Assembly (NCBI GenBank): GCA_023954375.1
Contig: JAMLIC010000006.1
Span: 82,972-146,971, forward strand
Reading direction: 5' to 3'
DNA length: 64,000 nt
Source of the DNA: Planctomycetota bacterium
GTDB lineage: Bacteria; Planctomycetota; J058
Shown here piece after piece: positions 40,501 to 48,869 of the stretch. How positions within the stretch are numbered: position 1 is the stretch's first letter; each line of letters opens with the position of its first letter. The notes under the pieces were generated by a model. It was not told the DNA's origin, did not search any database, and worked only from the letters and a program-made list of their open reading frames with translations. Position numbers and translations under genes: made by a program.

Positions 40501-41405
40501 AGGCGGCCCGCCTGGTCGAGCGCGCCGCCGAGGCGCTGGCGCGGGGCCGCCTGGAGGAGGCGCGCACGGCGTTCATCCAGGCGCTCGGCTTCGACGGCAA
40601 GAGCGAGGCCGCCCGCAAGGGCCTGCTCGAGGCCGACCGCGCGCTGCACGCCCGGGCCGAGGCCGCCCGCGCCGAGGAGGCGCGGCGCGAGCGCGTCCGC
40701 CGCGTGCGCCGCAGCCAGGAGCAGGCGCGCGCCGCCCTGGCCCGGGCCCGCGAGCTCGACCGCGCCGGCGCCTCCGAGCGCGAGGTCCGCGAGCAGTACC
40801 TCGCCGCGCTCGACGCCCACAACGAGGCGCTGTTCCTCCTCCCCGACGACCCCGGCGCGCGCCAGGAGAAGGTCGCCGTCGCGCGCGAGCTGGCCCAGCG
40901 CCTGTTCGAGGACGGCCACCAGGAGCTGGCGCAGTTCGTCCTGCGCCTCGCCGGCGCCGAGGCGGAGGCGGCGGGCGCCGGGCTCGACCCGCTGCGCGAC
41001 CCCGACCTCGTGGTGATCGAGGCCGACCGCGTGCGCATCGCCCACGCCTTCGACGGCCCGGTGCGCTTCCTCCCCTCGCGGGCGTTCGACCGCGTGCGCG
41101 AGTACGTGCGCTCCTTCCGGGGCCGCTACCGCGTCGTCGTGCAGGTCCGCTCCGAGGCCACGCGCGGCAACCCGCCGCGCGTCCACGCCACGGGCCTGTG
41201 GCTGCGCGTCGAGGACCGCCAGAACAACACCGTCCACCCGACGATCAAGCTCGAGTTCGAGGGCGGCCCCTACGTCCGCCCGGTGACCGTCGACCCGTCG
41301 GGGCGCACGGTGACCCCGTTCGAGCGGACGCTGTCGCTCGACACGGAGCGCTACGTACGCGAGGTCGAGGCGGCCCTGCGGCGGCTGCTGGAGCCCCCGC
41401 AGTGA
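37554..41405 (+). CDS. Tandem pseudokinase-kinase Ser/Thr protein kinase with TM helix and long coiled-coil/C-terminal domain
   Basis: The N-terminal domain is kinase-like but degenerate: the VAIK Lys is replaced (VLLRIL), the HRD box reads LSHGNVSPSAI, and DFG reads DLG. A Pro-rich linker follows. The second domain is canonical: GQGGMGVV, ALK, HRDLKPAN, DWGLAR, GTPGYLAPE. TM helix AIVALAAAALVLWGL. About 450 aa of Ala/Glu/Arg coiled coil and a conserved C-terminal domain follow. Confidence 0.8.
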   Translation: MAAGVEAGPQDCFAQLDRGARLGGYRVRRVLSRGNGGALHQAKGPDGTRVLLRILGPRARVPEARARLEADLERLARVDHRCVARLVGRAEDHFALEHPGGLTLLELIRRGRPFDAAEVVWIGHGLASGLRALHAVGLSHGNVSPSAIHVTEDGPVLVDLGWPARLGVAGAQPPSPAGDVRALASSLTFAVVGAPSEPKERVHVAGLPKEVASLLRAALDPTAPAPALEKLRRVFERAADALGLLDGAGAPATLGRRLREAIRLHASGVSSVSEEEASSADTHVPLAPGPSSTAPGPIVPPPPLPPGPEAGTATEVEAPPEVVAAAREPSVAPLQVESLALDVSSEERAALPEGPPSAFAETVEGLLTGEPPRIRTPSGRIVPQNPFASADLVLDRPSSTGSQDGAAPTDLELRHGLELIHRRVLGQGGMGVVHLVLDPRLGRRAALKLLRTPVTPSRVRRFRRETVVTARLDHPCIPPVYEAGATPSGTHYLLMRFVEGESLAEILTRRQAEALGERERAALARELLHALVKVGEAVAYAHDKGIVHRDLKPANIMIGAFGEVLVMDWGLARDLHESSDEDAWIRTELGVAPPAEPAPPAAGITQDGAILGTPGYLAPEQARGEDVDARADVFSLGAVLCEILTGRPPVIGPTTLAILGLTRGGEVEFPRQRFVDVDPELDAIARKALAPDAEARYPTADAFATDLRNYLEGRNVSAYRYRPTERLARALRRHPAIVALAAAALVLWGLTHGLLERARVEQDKLRAEQREEVRRRVTDLLVEAELSLDDKRYAHAQTVFLQALTLDDGSERARQGQALAERLEAAERRRAAEEAARRQEVERSRHEAQQVSDLLARGAALLAAGDLAGARRAHEQALGFDDQALAAARDALALLGERLERAEEDARDAAQRARDAEQAARFLEAGGAHLAAGRFREAQASLFKALAFGSPDAQPLLLRVEEGLVAERTREVQAELERREAEQAARLVERAAEALARGRLEEARTAFIQALGFDGKSEAARKGLLEADRALHARAEAARAEEARRERVRRVRRSQEQARAALARARELDRAGASEREVREQYLAALDAHNEALFLLPDDPGARQEKVAVARELAQRLFEDGHQELAQFVLRLAGAEAEAAGAGLDPLRDPDLVVIEADRVRIAHAFDGPVRFLPSRAFDRVREYVRSFRGRYRVVVQVRSEATRGNPPRVHATGLWLRVEDRQNNTVHPTIKLEFEGGPYVRPVTVDPSGRTVTPFERTLSLDTERYVREVEAALRRLLEPPQ

Positions 41406-41412
41406 GGCGCGC

Positions 41413-42357
41413 GTGACCCTCCTCACCCGCGACTTCCACCGGTCCGTCCGCCAGGCGCGGATGGCCTTCCTCGACGCGGTCGAGCCGCATCGCGCCGACC
41501 TGTTCCGCTACTGCCGCGGCCTCGCGCCGACCGTGTGGGAGGCGGAGGACCTGGTGCAGGAGACCCTCCTGCGCGCCTTCGCCAAGCTGGCCGAGTGCCA
41601 CTGGGACGTGAAGGACGCGCGGGCCTACCTCCTGCGCGCCGCGACCAACCTGTGGATCGACGGCCAGCGGCGCGCCGGGCGCGTGCGGCTCGAGGACGAC
41701 CTCGAGCCGGCCGCCGCCGAGGACGCCCCGCCGGCCGCCGAGGTCCGCGAGGCCCTCGCGGCGCTCGTGCGCAACCTGCCGCCCCGGGAGCGGGCGGCCG
41801 TGCTCCTCAAGGACGCGTTCGGGCTCGACCTCGACGAGGTCGCCACCTACCTCGAGACCACGCGCGGCGCGGTCAAGGCGGCGCTCCACCGGGGGCGGGC
41901 CCGGCTCGCGGCGCGCGGGGCCGACGCGGTCGCCGTCGAGGGCCGCCCCGACGGCCCCTCGGCGGCGCTCCTCGACCGCTTCTGCGCGCTGTTCAACGCC
42001 CGTGACCTGCCGGCCCTGACCGCGCTCCTCCTCGAGGACGCGACCGCCGAGGTCGTGGGCATGGTGCAGGAGTACGGCCGCGAGCAGGTCGAGAAGGGCT
42101 CGCTCTACCACACCATGTTCGGCGAGGAGGGGCGGCCGCGCGCGGCGCTCCTCGAGTACCTGGGCGAGCCGGTGGTGGTGATCTGGTACACCGGCCCCGA
42201 CGGCGTCGACGCCGTCGAGGACGTCCTGCGGTTCGTCGAGCGCGAGGGGAGGGTGGCGTCCTTGCGCTACAGCTACTTCTGCCCGGAGCTCATCGAGGAG
42301 GTCGGGGCGGCGCTGGGGGTGCCGGTGCGCACGAACGGGCACCGCTACCGGGCCTGA
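41413..42357 (+). CDS. ECF sigma factor with fused C-terminal SnoaL/NTF2-like extension (ECF41/ECF56-type)
   Basis: Sigma-70 region 2 (DLVQETLLRAF...YLLRAATNLWIDGQR) and region 4 (ERAAVLLKDAFGLDLDEVATYLETTRGAVKAALHRGRARL), then a ~120-aa SnoaL-like domain (LLDRFCALFNARDLPALTALLLEDATAEVVG...). No separate anti-sigma gene follows. Confidence 0.75.
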   Translation: MTLLTRDFHRSVRQARMAFLDAVEPHRADLFRYCRGLAPTVWEAEDLVQETLLRAFAKLAECHWDVKDARAYLLRAATNLWIDGQRRAGRVRLEDDLEPAAAEDAPPAAEVREALAALVRNLPPRERAAVLLKDAFGLDLDEVATYLETTRGAVKAALHRGRARLAARGADAVAVEGRPDGPSAALLDRFCALFNARDLPALTALLLEDATAEVVGMVQEYGREQVEKGSLYHTMFGEEGRPRAALLEYLGEPVVVIWYTGPDGVDAVEDVLRFVEREGRVASLRYSYFCPELIEEVGAALGVPVRTNGHRYRA

Positions 42358-43776
42358 TCACGTCGCGGCCGCCGCCGCCGCCCGCCGGCGGGCCCGCGCG
42401 GCCGCGGGGGCGGGGCCGGCGGTCAGGCCGAGGAGGACGACCCCCAGGAGGGCCGCCACGAACGAGGCCGCGAGCACGCCGACCTTCGCCGCGTCCTGGA
42501 GGCCGGGCGCGCCGGGGAAGGCCAGGCCGGCGATGAACAGCGACATGGTGAAGCCGATCCCGGCGAGCACCCCAACGCCGGCGAGCTGCCGCCACGTGGC
42601 GCCGCCGGGGAGCTCGCCCAGGCGCAGTCGCACGGCCACCCACGAGAAGGCGCAGATCCCCAGCGGCTTGCCGACGAGGAGGCCCAGCGCGACGCCCAGG
42701 AACACCGGGTCGAGGAGCCCGTCGAGGAGCCCGCGCCCGAGCGGGACGCCGGCGTTGGCCAGGGCGAACACGGGCAGGACGAACAGGCTCACGAGCGGCC
42801 CCATGCGCCGCTCGAGGCGCAGGAGCGGCGGGCGGGCGCGGGCGATCTCCTCCTCGACCGCCTCGATCATCACGAGCTGCCGGTGGTCGAGGTGCTGGCG
42901 CCCGGCGCTGCTGGCCAGGAGGTCGCGCAGCTCGCCCATGCGCTCGTGGAGCGCCCGGTCGGCGCGCCGCACCGGCGCGGCGGGGATCGTGAGCGCCATG
43001 GCCACGGCGGCGAGCGTGGCGTGCACCCCGGACTCGAGGAACCCGAACCACGCGACCAGCCCGACCGCGAAGTAGGCCAGCGGCCGCCGCACCCCCAGCA
43101 GGAGGTTCGCCGCCGCGGCGGCGGCGATCGCGCCGACCCCCAGGAGGAGCGGCGGGAGGTGGAGCTGGTCGGTGTAGAAGACGGCGATCACCAGCACGGC
43201 GCCGATGTCGTCGACGACCGCGAGCGCCATGAGGAAGACCTTGAGCGCGACCGGCACGCGGTCGCCGAGGAGCGCCAGGACGCCGAGGGCGAAGGCGATG
43301 TCCGTCGCCATGGGCACGCCCCAGCCGGCCGCGCCCGGGGCGCCCGCGTTGAGCAGCAGGAACAGGCCCGCCGGCGCGACCATCCCGCCCAGGGCCGCGA
43401 CGAGCGGCAGGGCGGCGCGGCGGAGGCTCGACAGCTCGCCCTCGACGACCTCGCGCTTGATCTCCAGCCCGACGGCGAAGAAGAACACGGCCATGAGGCC
43501 GTCGTTGACCCAGTGGTGGAGGGTCTCGCTGAGCGTCCAGGGGCCGAGCGACACGGCCAGCGGCGTGGCCCACAGCCGCGCCCAGGCGTCCGACCAGGGC
43601 GAGTTGGCGGCGAGCATCGCCGCGGCGGTGGCCGCCAGGAGGATCATCGCCCCGCGGGGGCTGTCCTTGGTCACCTCGCGCAGGTGGACCAGGAGGCGCT
43701 CGAGCGGGGTGCGGGCCGCGGGGTCCACGGGGGCGGTCGACCTCCACCGAACAGGAGCCGAACCCCCCGGCCCCAT
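42358..43776 (-). CDS. nhaA: Na+/H+ antiporter NhaA
   Basis: NhaA family signature WVNDGLMAVFFFAVGLEIKRE, with the Asp pair (VVDDIGAVLVIAVFYT) and the antiparallel discontinuous helices. About 12 TM helices. Confidence 0.85.
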   Translation of the reverse strand: MGPGGSAPVRWRSTAPVDPAARTPLERLLVHLREVTKDSPRGAMILLAATAAAMLAANSPWSDAWARLWATPLAVSLGPWTLSETLHHWVNDGLMAVFFFAVGLEIKREVVEGELSSLRRAALPLVAALGGMVAPAGLFLLLNAGAPGAAGWGVPMATDIAFALGVLALLGDRVPVALKVFLMALAVVDDIGAVLVIAVFYTDQLHLPPLLLGVGAIAAAAAANLLLGVRRPLAYFAVGLVAWFGFLESGVHATLAAVAMALTIPAAPVRRADRALHERMGELRDLLASSAGRQHLDHRQLVMIEAVEEEIARARPPLLRLERRMGPLVSLFVLPVFALANAGVPLGRGLLDGLLDPVFLGVALGLLVGKPLGICAFSWVAVRLRLGELPGGATWRQLAGVGVLAGIGFTMSLFIAGLAFPGAPGLQDAAKVGVLAASFVAALLGVVLLGLTAGPAPAAARARRRAAAAAAT

Positions 43777-43940
43777 GCTAGCGGGTCGGGCGGGTGACGT
43801 GAACAGCGCGCCGCGTCATCGCGTGGGCTGCGCCAGCAACCGGGGCGCCCGGGGCGGGTTGTGCGCCCGGTCCCCCTCGTCGGCGCGTCGCCGACCTGCC
43901 AGAATGTCACGCACGCGTAAGACCAGGACCCGAGGGCAAG

Positions 43941-45305
43941 GTGACCGAGGGGGCCTGCGTCCCCGGGGGTGTGGGCACCCCACGCGAGGTCACGGCGTCG
44001 ACGGGTCGGTGGACGACCCACCCCGGGGGAAGACCAGCACGCCCCGTGAGCGAGTACGAGAACGCCAAGCGGGTGATCCGGCAGATGCGCCTGGGGCGCG
44101 TCGACGCCCAGGTTATGGCCGCCAGGGCCTTCGAGGCCGACCTCAAGGTCGGCCGCCCGGACATCGCGCTCAAGTGCGCCAAGGAGTTCAAGCTCTCGGA
44201 CGACCACGTCACCCGGGCGGCCACGGCGCTGTTCGGCGAGCTCATCAAGCGGCGCATGTACCCCAAGGCGCTGGAGATCGCCCGCAGCTACAACCTCGCC
44301 CACGGCGGCCCGGCCGCGCAGGAGCTCCTGGCGCAGGCGGGCGAGGCGAAGGTCGACGACCCGGCGATCGCCGAGATCCGGCGCATGGCCCGGGCCGCGA
44401 GCGGCGCCCGCGCCGAGGCGACCGAGGCCGACCGGGCGATCGAGCTGATCGAGGCGGCGAAGGCCGGCCGCGACCGCGACCCGCGCGTCCGTGGCCGGGC
44501 CGTGCTCCTGCCGGACGACGGCGAGGTGTGGCTCACGGGCGACCTGCACGGCAACGTCGACAACCTGAAGCGCTTCGCGAAGCTCGCGGACCTCGCCAAC
44601 CACCCCGAGCGGATCCTGGTCCTGCAGGAGATCGTCCACGCGCGGTTCATCACCGCCGACAACAAGGACCTGTCCTTCGTGGCCATCATGGAGGCGATCC
44701 GCCTGATGACCGAGTTCCCGGGGCGGGTCTACTACCTCCTCGGCAACCACGACCTCGCGGTCCACCTCGACCGCGAGCTGGTCAAGGGCGGCAAGTACCT
44801 CAACCGCTACCTCTACCGCGGCATGGCCTACATGTACCGCGAGCGCTGGGAGGACGTGCTGGGGAAGTACCGCGCGTTCGTCGCCGGCATGCCGGCGGCG
44901 ATCTTCGCGCCCAACGGCATCTTCATGGCGCACTCGACGCCGAAGAAGCCGTTCATCCCGACGCTCAGCCGCGACCTCCTCTACGACGCCGGGCCGAAGA
45001 CGCCGCTCCGCAAGCTGAAGCCGGTGGCCGCCCTGGTCAACGGGCGCGAGTACGCCAAGGACGCCGCCGACGAGTTCGCCGACCAGATGGAGGTCGACCT
45101 GCTCCTCTGCGGCCACACGCCCACGAACCGCGGCTGGAAGGTGCCGAACCACCGCCACCTGATCATCGACTCGCAGCACGAGCGCGCCCGCTTCGTCCGC
45201 TTCGACCTGTCGCGGCGCTACACGTCGTCGGTCGAGCTCTCGGGGCAGGTCGGGCTGCTCGATCCGGAAGGCGAGAGCGTCGAGGTCGTGGGCGAGCTGA
45301 TGTGA
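43941..45305 (+). CDS. PPP-family (calcineurin-like) Ser/Thr phosphoprotein phosphatase with N-terminal extension
   Basis: GDLHGNV, GNHD, and LLCGHTP metallophosphoesterase motifs. Starts at GTG 43941; an alternative is GTG 44046. Confidence 0.7.
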   Translation: MTEGACVPGGVGTPREVTASTGRWTTHPGGRPARPVSEYENAKRVIRQMRLGRVDAQVMAARAFEADLKVGRPDIALKCAKEFKLSDDHVTRAATALFGELIKRRMYPKALEIARSYNLAHGGPAAQELLAQAGEAKVDDPAIAEIRRMARAASGARAEATEADRAIELIEAAKAGRDRDPRVRGRAVLLPDDGEVWLTGDLHGNVDNLKRFAKLADLANHPERILVLQEIVHARFITADNKDLSFVAIMEAIRLMTEFPGRVYYLLGNHDLAVHLDRELVKGGKYLNRYLYRGMAYMYRERWEDVLGKYRAFVAGMPAAIFAPNGIFMAHSTPKKPFIPTLSRDLLYDAGPKTPLRKLKPVAALVNGREYAKDAADEFADQMEVDLLLCGHTPTNRGWKVPNHRHLIIDSQHERARFVRFDLSRRYTSSVELSGQVGLLDPEGESVEVVGELM

Positions 45306-45422
45306 GCCTTTCACTTTCCCCTCGCCACCTCGCCGCGGACCGCCCCCGTCGAGCGCCTGATACGCTCCGCCTCGTTCACGTCAGGGGTTGAGGCCGGCCC
45401 TCCCGTTGCTCACCGGGAGGCC

Positions 45423-46457
45423 GTGACCACCAACCACGTGACGAAGGCGTTCACGGAGGTCGACTTCGCCGAGCCCCACCGGGCCCGGCGCAAGGCGCTC
45501 CTCGCGCGGCATCCGGAGGTCCGGGCGCTCTTCGGCTACGACCGCCGCACGGCCGTGGTCGTGGCGGCCGTGGTCGCCCTCCAGCTCGCGCTGGCCTGGG
45601 GCGTCCAGCGCGCGTGGGAGGCCGCCGGCGGGGGCGCCGCGGCCGCGGCGGGGCTCGTCGCGCTGGCGCTCCTCGTGGGCGCGGTCCTGGCGCACTGGTG
45701 CGCCATGGGGATTCACGAGTGCTCGCACGACCTGGCCGCGCGCACGCCGCTGGGCAACCGCCTGGTGTCGCTCCTGGCCAACGTGCCGGTGGTGGTCCCC
45801 GCGGCCATGTCGTTCCACCGCTACCACCTCGACCACCACACGTACCTGGGCGTGCGCGAGCTCGACACCGACCTGGCCCCGGCGATCGAGCACCGCGTGA
45901 TCGACAACGTCGCCTGGCGCAAGCTGCTCGTCCTCCTCCTGTTCCCGGCGCTGTACCTGGTCCGCGGCCTCGGCTTCGCGCAGCGGCCCGACCGCTGGGA
46001 GGTGCTCAACCTCGCGCTGATGATCGGCGTCAACGCGCTGGTCGTCGTCCTCCTGGGCTGGCCCGCGCTGGCCTACCTGTTCCTCTCGTTCTGGTTCGGC
46101 CACGGGGTCCACCCCGTCGCCGCGCACTTCGTCCACGAGCACTACATCTGGACGGCGGGCCAGGAGACCTACTCCTACTACGGCCCGCTCAACCGGGTCA
46201 CGTTCAACGTCGGGCTGCACTACGAGCACCACGACCTGATGAACATCCCCGGCTGGCGCCTGCCCGAGCTGCGGCGCCTGGCGCCCGAGTTCTACGAGGG
46301 CCTCGTGGCCCACCGCTCGTGGACGGCGATCCTCTGGCGCTACGTGACGGACCCGCGCATCGGCCCCTACACCCGGCAGGTGCGCAGCGAGGAGACGTTC
46401 CGGCGCACGCGCGCGCCCGAGCGCCGCACCGGCCACGCGCTCGAGGCCGCCGCGTGA
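45423..46457 (+). CDS. Sphingolipid Δ4-desaturase (dihydroceramide desaturase DEGS/Des1) homologue
   Basis: Collinear with eukaryotic DEGS1. N-terminal Lipid_DES segment [21 protein letters not shown]. His boxes [15 protein letters not shown] and HYEHHD. The C-terminal block [47 protein letters not shown] matches the DEGS1 block [41 protein letters not shown] almost residue for residue. Confidence 0.85.
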   Translation: [344 protein letters not shown]

Positions 46458-47524
46458 CCGGGCTCGAGCTCCGCGACGCGGCGGCCGCGCCGTCCACGGG
46501 CGTGCGCGCGCTGGACGCGCTGGTGGCGCGCGTCCTGTGCGACCCGCGCGACGCCCCGCTCCTGGGCGTGGTCGTGGGGATGAGCCTCGTGCTCGTGCCG
46601 GGCGCGCTCGTCCTCTACGCGCCGGGCGGGTTCCGCTGGCCGCTCGCGGCCGCCTACCTGGCCGCGCTGTTCGGCCTGTTCTTCGACCGCTACATCCTCA
46701 TGCTCCACGCGACGCGGCACCGGCGCCTCTTCCGCCCGGGGCTCGAGCTCGACCCGTGGGTGGACTGGGTCCTGGGGCCGCTGGCGGGCCAGTCGCCCTG
46801 CACCTACCACGCCCACCACCTGGGGATGCACCACGTCGAGAACAACCTGTGGGCCGACGCCAGCTCGACCCTGCCCTACCGGCGCGACAGCGCGCTCGAC
46901 TTCCTGCGCTACTGGGGGCGCTTCCTCCTGGCCGGGGTCGTCGACCTCGTGGCGTACCTGCTCGGCCGCCGCCGCACGAAGCTGGCGCGCCGCGCCGCCC
47001 TGGGCGAGCTGGCCTACCTCGCGGCGCTGGGCGCGCTCCTGTGGGTCGACTGGCGGGCCACGCTGGTCGTGTTCGTCGTGCCGCTCGTCGCGGCCCGGTT
47101 CGCGATGATGGCCGGCAACTGGGCGCAGCACGCGTTCGTCGACCCGGCCGACCCGGGCAACCCGTACCGCAACAGCCTGACGACGATCAACACCCGCTAC
47201 AACCGCCGCTGCTTCAACGACGGCTACCACATCGGGCATCACCTCAAGCCGTCGCGTCACTGGAGCGAGCTGCCCGGCGAGCTCCTCGAGCACCTCGACA
47301 CGTACCGCGATCAGGGCGCGCTCGTGCTCGAGGGGCTCGACTTCTTCCAGGTCTGGGCCCTGCTGATGGTGAAGGACCATGACACCCTCGCCCGTCACGT
47401 CGTCCACCTCGGCGGCGCCCCCCGCAGCCACGACGAGACCGTCGCCCTCCTCCGGGCCCGCCTCGTCCCCGTCCCCGAGCCCGCCCCCGAACCCGTCGTC
47501 GTCCCCGTCGCCGTCGCCGCCTGA
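46454..47524 (+). CDS. Fatty-acid desaturase/hydroxylase superfamily membrane protein
   Basis: GTG start overlaps the DEGS-like stop (GTGA). His boxes HATRH, HAHHLGMHH and HIGHH. Four TM segments. Pro/Ala-rich C-terminal tail VPVPEPAPEPVVVPVAVAA. Confidence 0.7.
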   Translation: MTGLELRDAAAAPSTGVRALDALVARVLCDPRDAPLLGVVVGMSLVLVPGALVLYAPGGFRWPLAAAYLAALFGLFFDRYILMLHATRHRRLFRPGLELDPWVDWVLGPLAGQSPCTYHAHHLGMHHVENNLWADASSTLPYRRDSALDFLRYWGRFLLAGVVDLVAYLLGRRRTKLARRAALGELAYLAALGALLWVDWRATLVVFVVPLVAARFAMMAGNWAQHAFVDPADPGNPYRNSLTTINTRYNRRCFNDGYHIGHHLKPSRHWSELPGELLEHLDTYRDQGALVLEGLDFFQVWALLMVKDHDTLARHVVHLGGAPRSHDETVALLRARLVPVPEPAPEPVVVPVAVAA

Positions 47525-48869
47525 GCCGGCCCGGCCCGTCCCGCGGCTCTCGTTCCTCGGCTTCCTGCGCCACGTGCCGGGGCTCATCGGCGACCGCGCC
47601 GAGACGATCCGCCGCATCGCGGCGGCGCACGGGCCGGTCGTCCGCGTGCCGGTGCCCGGCAAGCCCTTCCACCTGGTGAGCTGCCCGCGCCTCGCGCGCC
47701 ACGTGCTGCTCACGAACAACAAGAACTACCGCAAGAGCTTCGACTGGAAGATCGTCCACTCGCTCCTGGGCGACGGGCTCGTGACCTCGCACGACGACGT
47801 GTGGCGCCACGCGCGCTCGGCGACGGCGCCCGTGTTCCGCCAGGAGCCGGTGATGCGCATGGCCGCCGCCCTGAAGGACGTGGTGGCCGAGGAGGTCGCC
47901 GGCTGGGGGGCGCCCGGCGGCGTCCTTCCGACCGGCGCCGCAACGACGCGGCTGGCCCTGCGCGCCTTCGCGCGCGCGGCGCTGGACGTCGACGCCGACC
48001 CGGTGGACCTCGACGAGATCACGCGCGCCGTCTCGGCGGGCCTGCGCCACCTCGACGCGCGCCTGGGGGCCCCGGTCGACCTGGCGGCGCGCCTGCCCAC
48101 GCCCGGCCGGCTGCGCTTCGCGCGCGCCCGGGCGCGCCTCGACGCCGTCCTCTACCGGTGGATCGACGCCGCCGCCGCGCGCGCGCCGGGGCCGGACCTG
48201 CTGTCGGTGCTCCTCCAGGCCTCGCGCGCCCTGCCCGACCCCGCCCTCGCGCCGCGCGTGTGGCTGCGCGACCAGCTCGTCACCTTCCTGCTCGCCGGGC
48301 ACGAGACGGTGGCCGTGTCGCTCACGTGGTGCCTGCACCTCCTCGCCACCCACCCCGACGCGCAGCGGCGCGCCCGCGAGGGGCTCCCGGGCGACGGCGA
48401 GGCCCTGGGCCCGTGGCTGGGCGCCTGGACCCCGCTCGACGCCGTGATCCACGAGGCCCTGCGCCTGTTCCCGCCCGTCTGGTCGCTCGGGCGCGAGGCG
48501 GTGGCCGACGACCGCCTGGGCGACCTGCACCTCCCCGCCGGCGCGACGGTGATGGTCAGCCCCTACGCCATCCACCGCCGCGCCGACCTGTGGCCCGAGC
48601 CCGACGCGTTCCGGCCGGAGCGCTTCGCCGCCGGCCCGCCGCCGCAGGGCGGCACGGACGGGCTGACCTACCTGCCGTTCAGCGCCGGGCCGCGCCTGTG
48701 CCCGGGCGACCGCCTGGCGCTGGTCGAGCTGAAGCTGGCCCTGCGCGAGGTCCTGCGCCGCTTCGAGGTCGCGCCCACCCGCCCGGGCCCGGTCGCCTGC
48801 GAGGCGCTCATCTCGCTCCGTCCGCGCCGCGAGCTCTTGCTGCGCCTGACCGCCCTGGGCCCGGCGTGA
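47379..48869 (+). CDS. Cytochrome P450
   Basis: I-helix AGHETVA, ExxR (EALRLFPP), haem loop FSAGPRLCPGDRLALVELKLAL. The only in-frame start upstream of the conserved N-terminal PRLSFLGFL motif is ATG 47379, which overlaps the preceding gene by 146 nt; the next is GTG 47572, which truncates it. The start is uncertain and this may be a fusion. Confidence 0.8.
   Translation: MTPSPVTSSTSAAPPAATTRPSPSSGPASSPSPSPPPNPSSSPSPSPPEPARPVPRLSFLGFLRHVPGLIGDRAETIRRIAAAHGPVVRVPVPGKPFHLVSCPRLARHVLLTNNKNYRKSFDWKIVHSLLGDGLVTSHDDVWRHARSATAPVFRQEPVMRMAAALKDVVAEEVAGWGAPGGVLPTGAATTRLALRAFARAALDVDADPVDLDEITRAVSAGLRHLDARLGAPVDLAARLPTPGRLRFARARARLDAVLYRWIDAAAARAPGPDLLSVLLQASRALPDPALAPRVWLRDQLVTFLLAGHETVAVSLTWCLHLLATHPDAQRRAREGLPGDGEALGPWLGAWTPLDAVIHEALRLFPPVWSLGREAVADDRLGDLHLPAGATVMVSPYAIHRRADLWPEPDAFRPERFAAGPPPQGGTDGLTYLPFSAGPRLCPGDRLALVELKLALREVLRRFEVAPTRPGPVACEALISLRPRRELLLRLTALGPA

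Noticed and set aside
36573-41426. 1617-aa minus-strand ORF opposite MoaB and the pseudokinase-kinase gene
   Set aside because: Only its last 85 codons (36573-36828) look like a real small gene. The rest is antisense to well-supported plus-strand genes and has no domain content.
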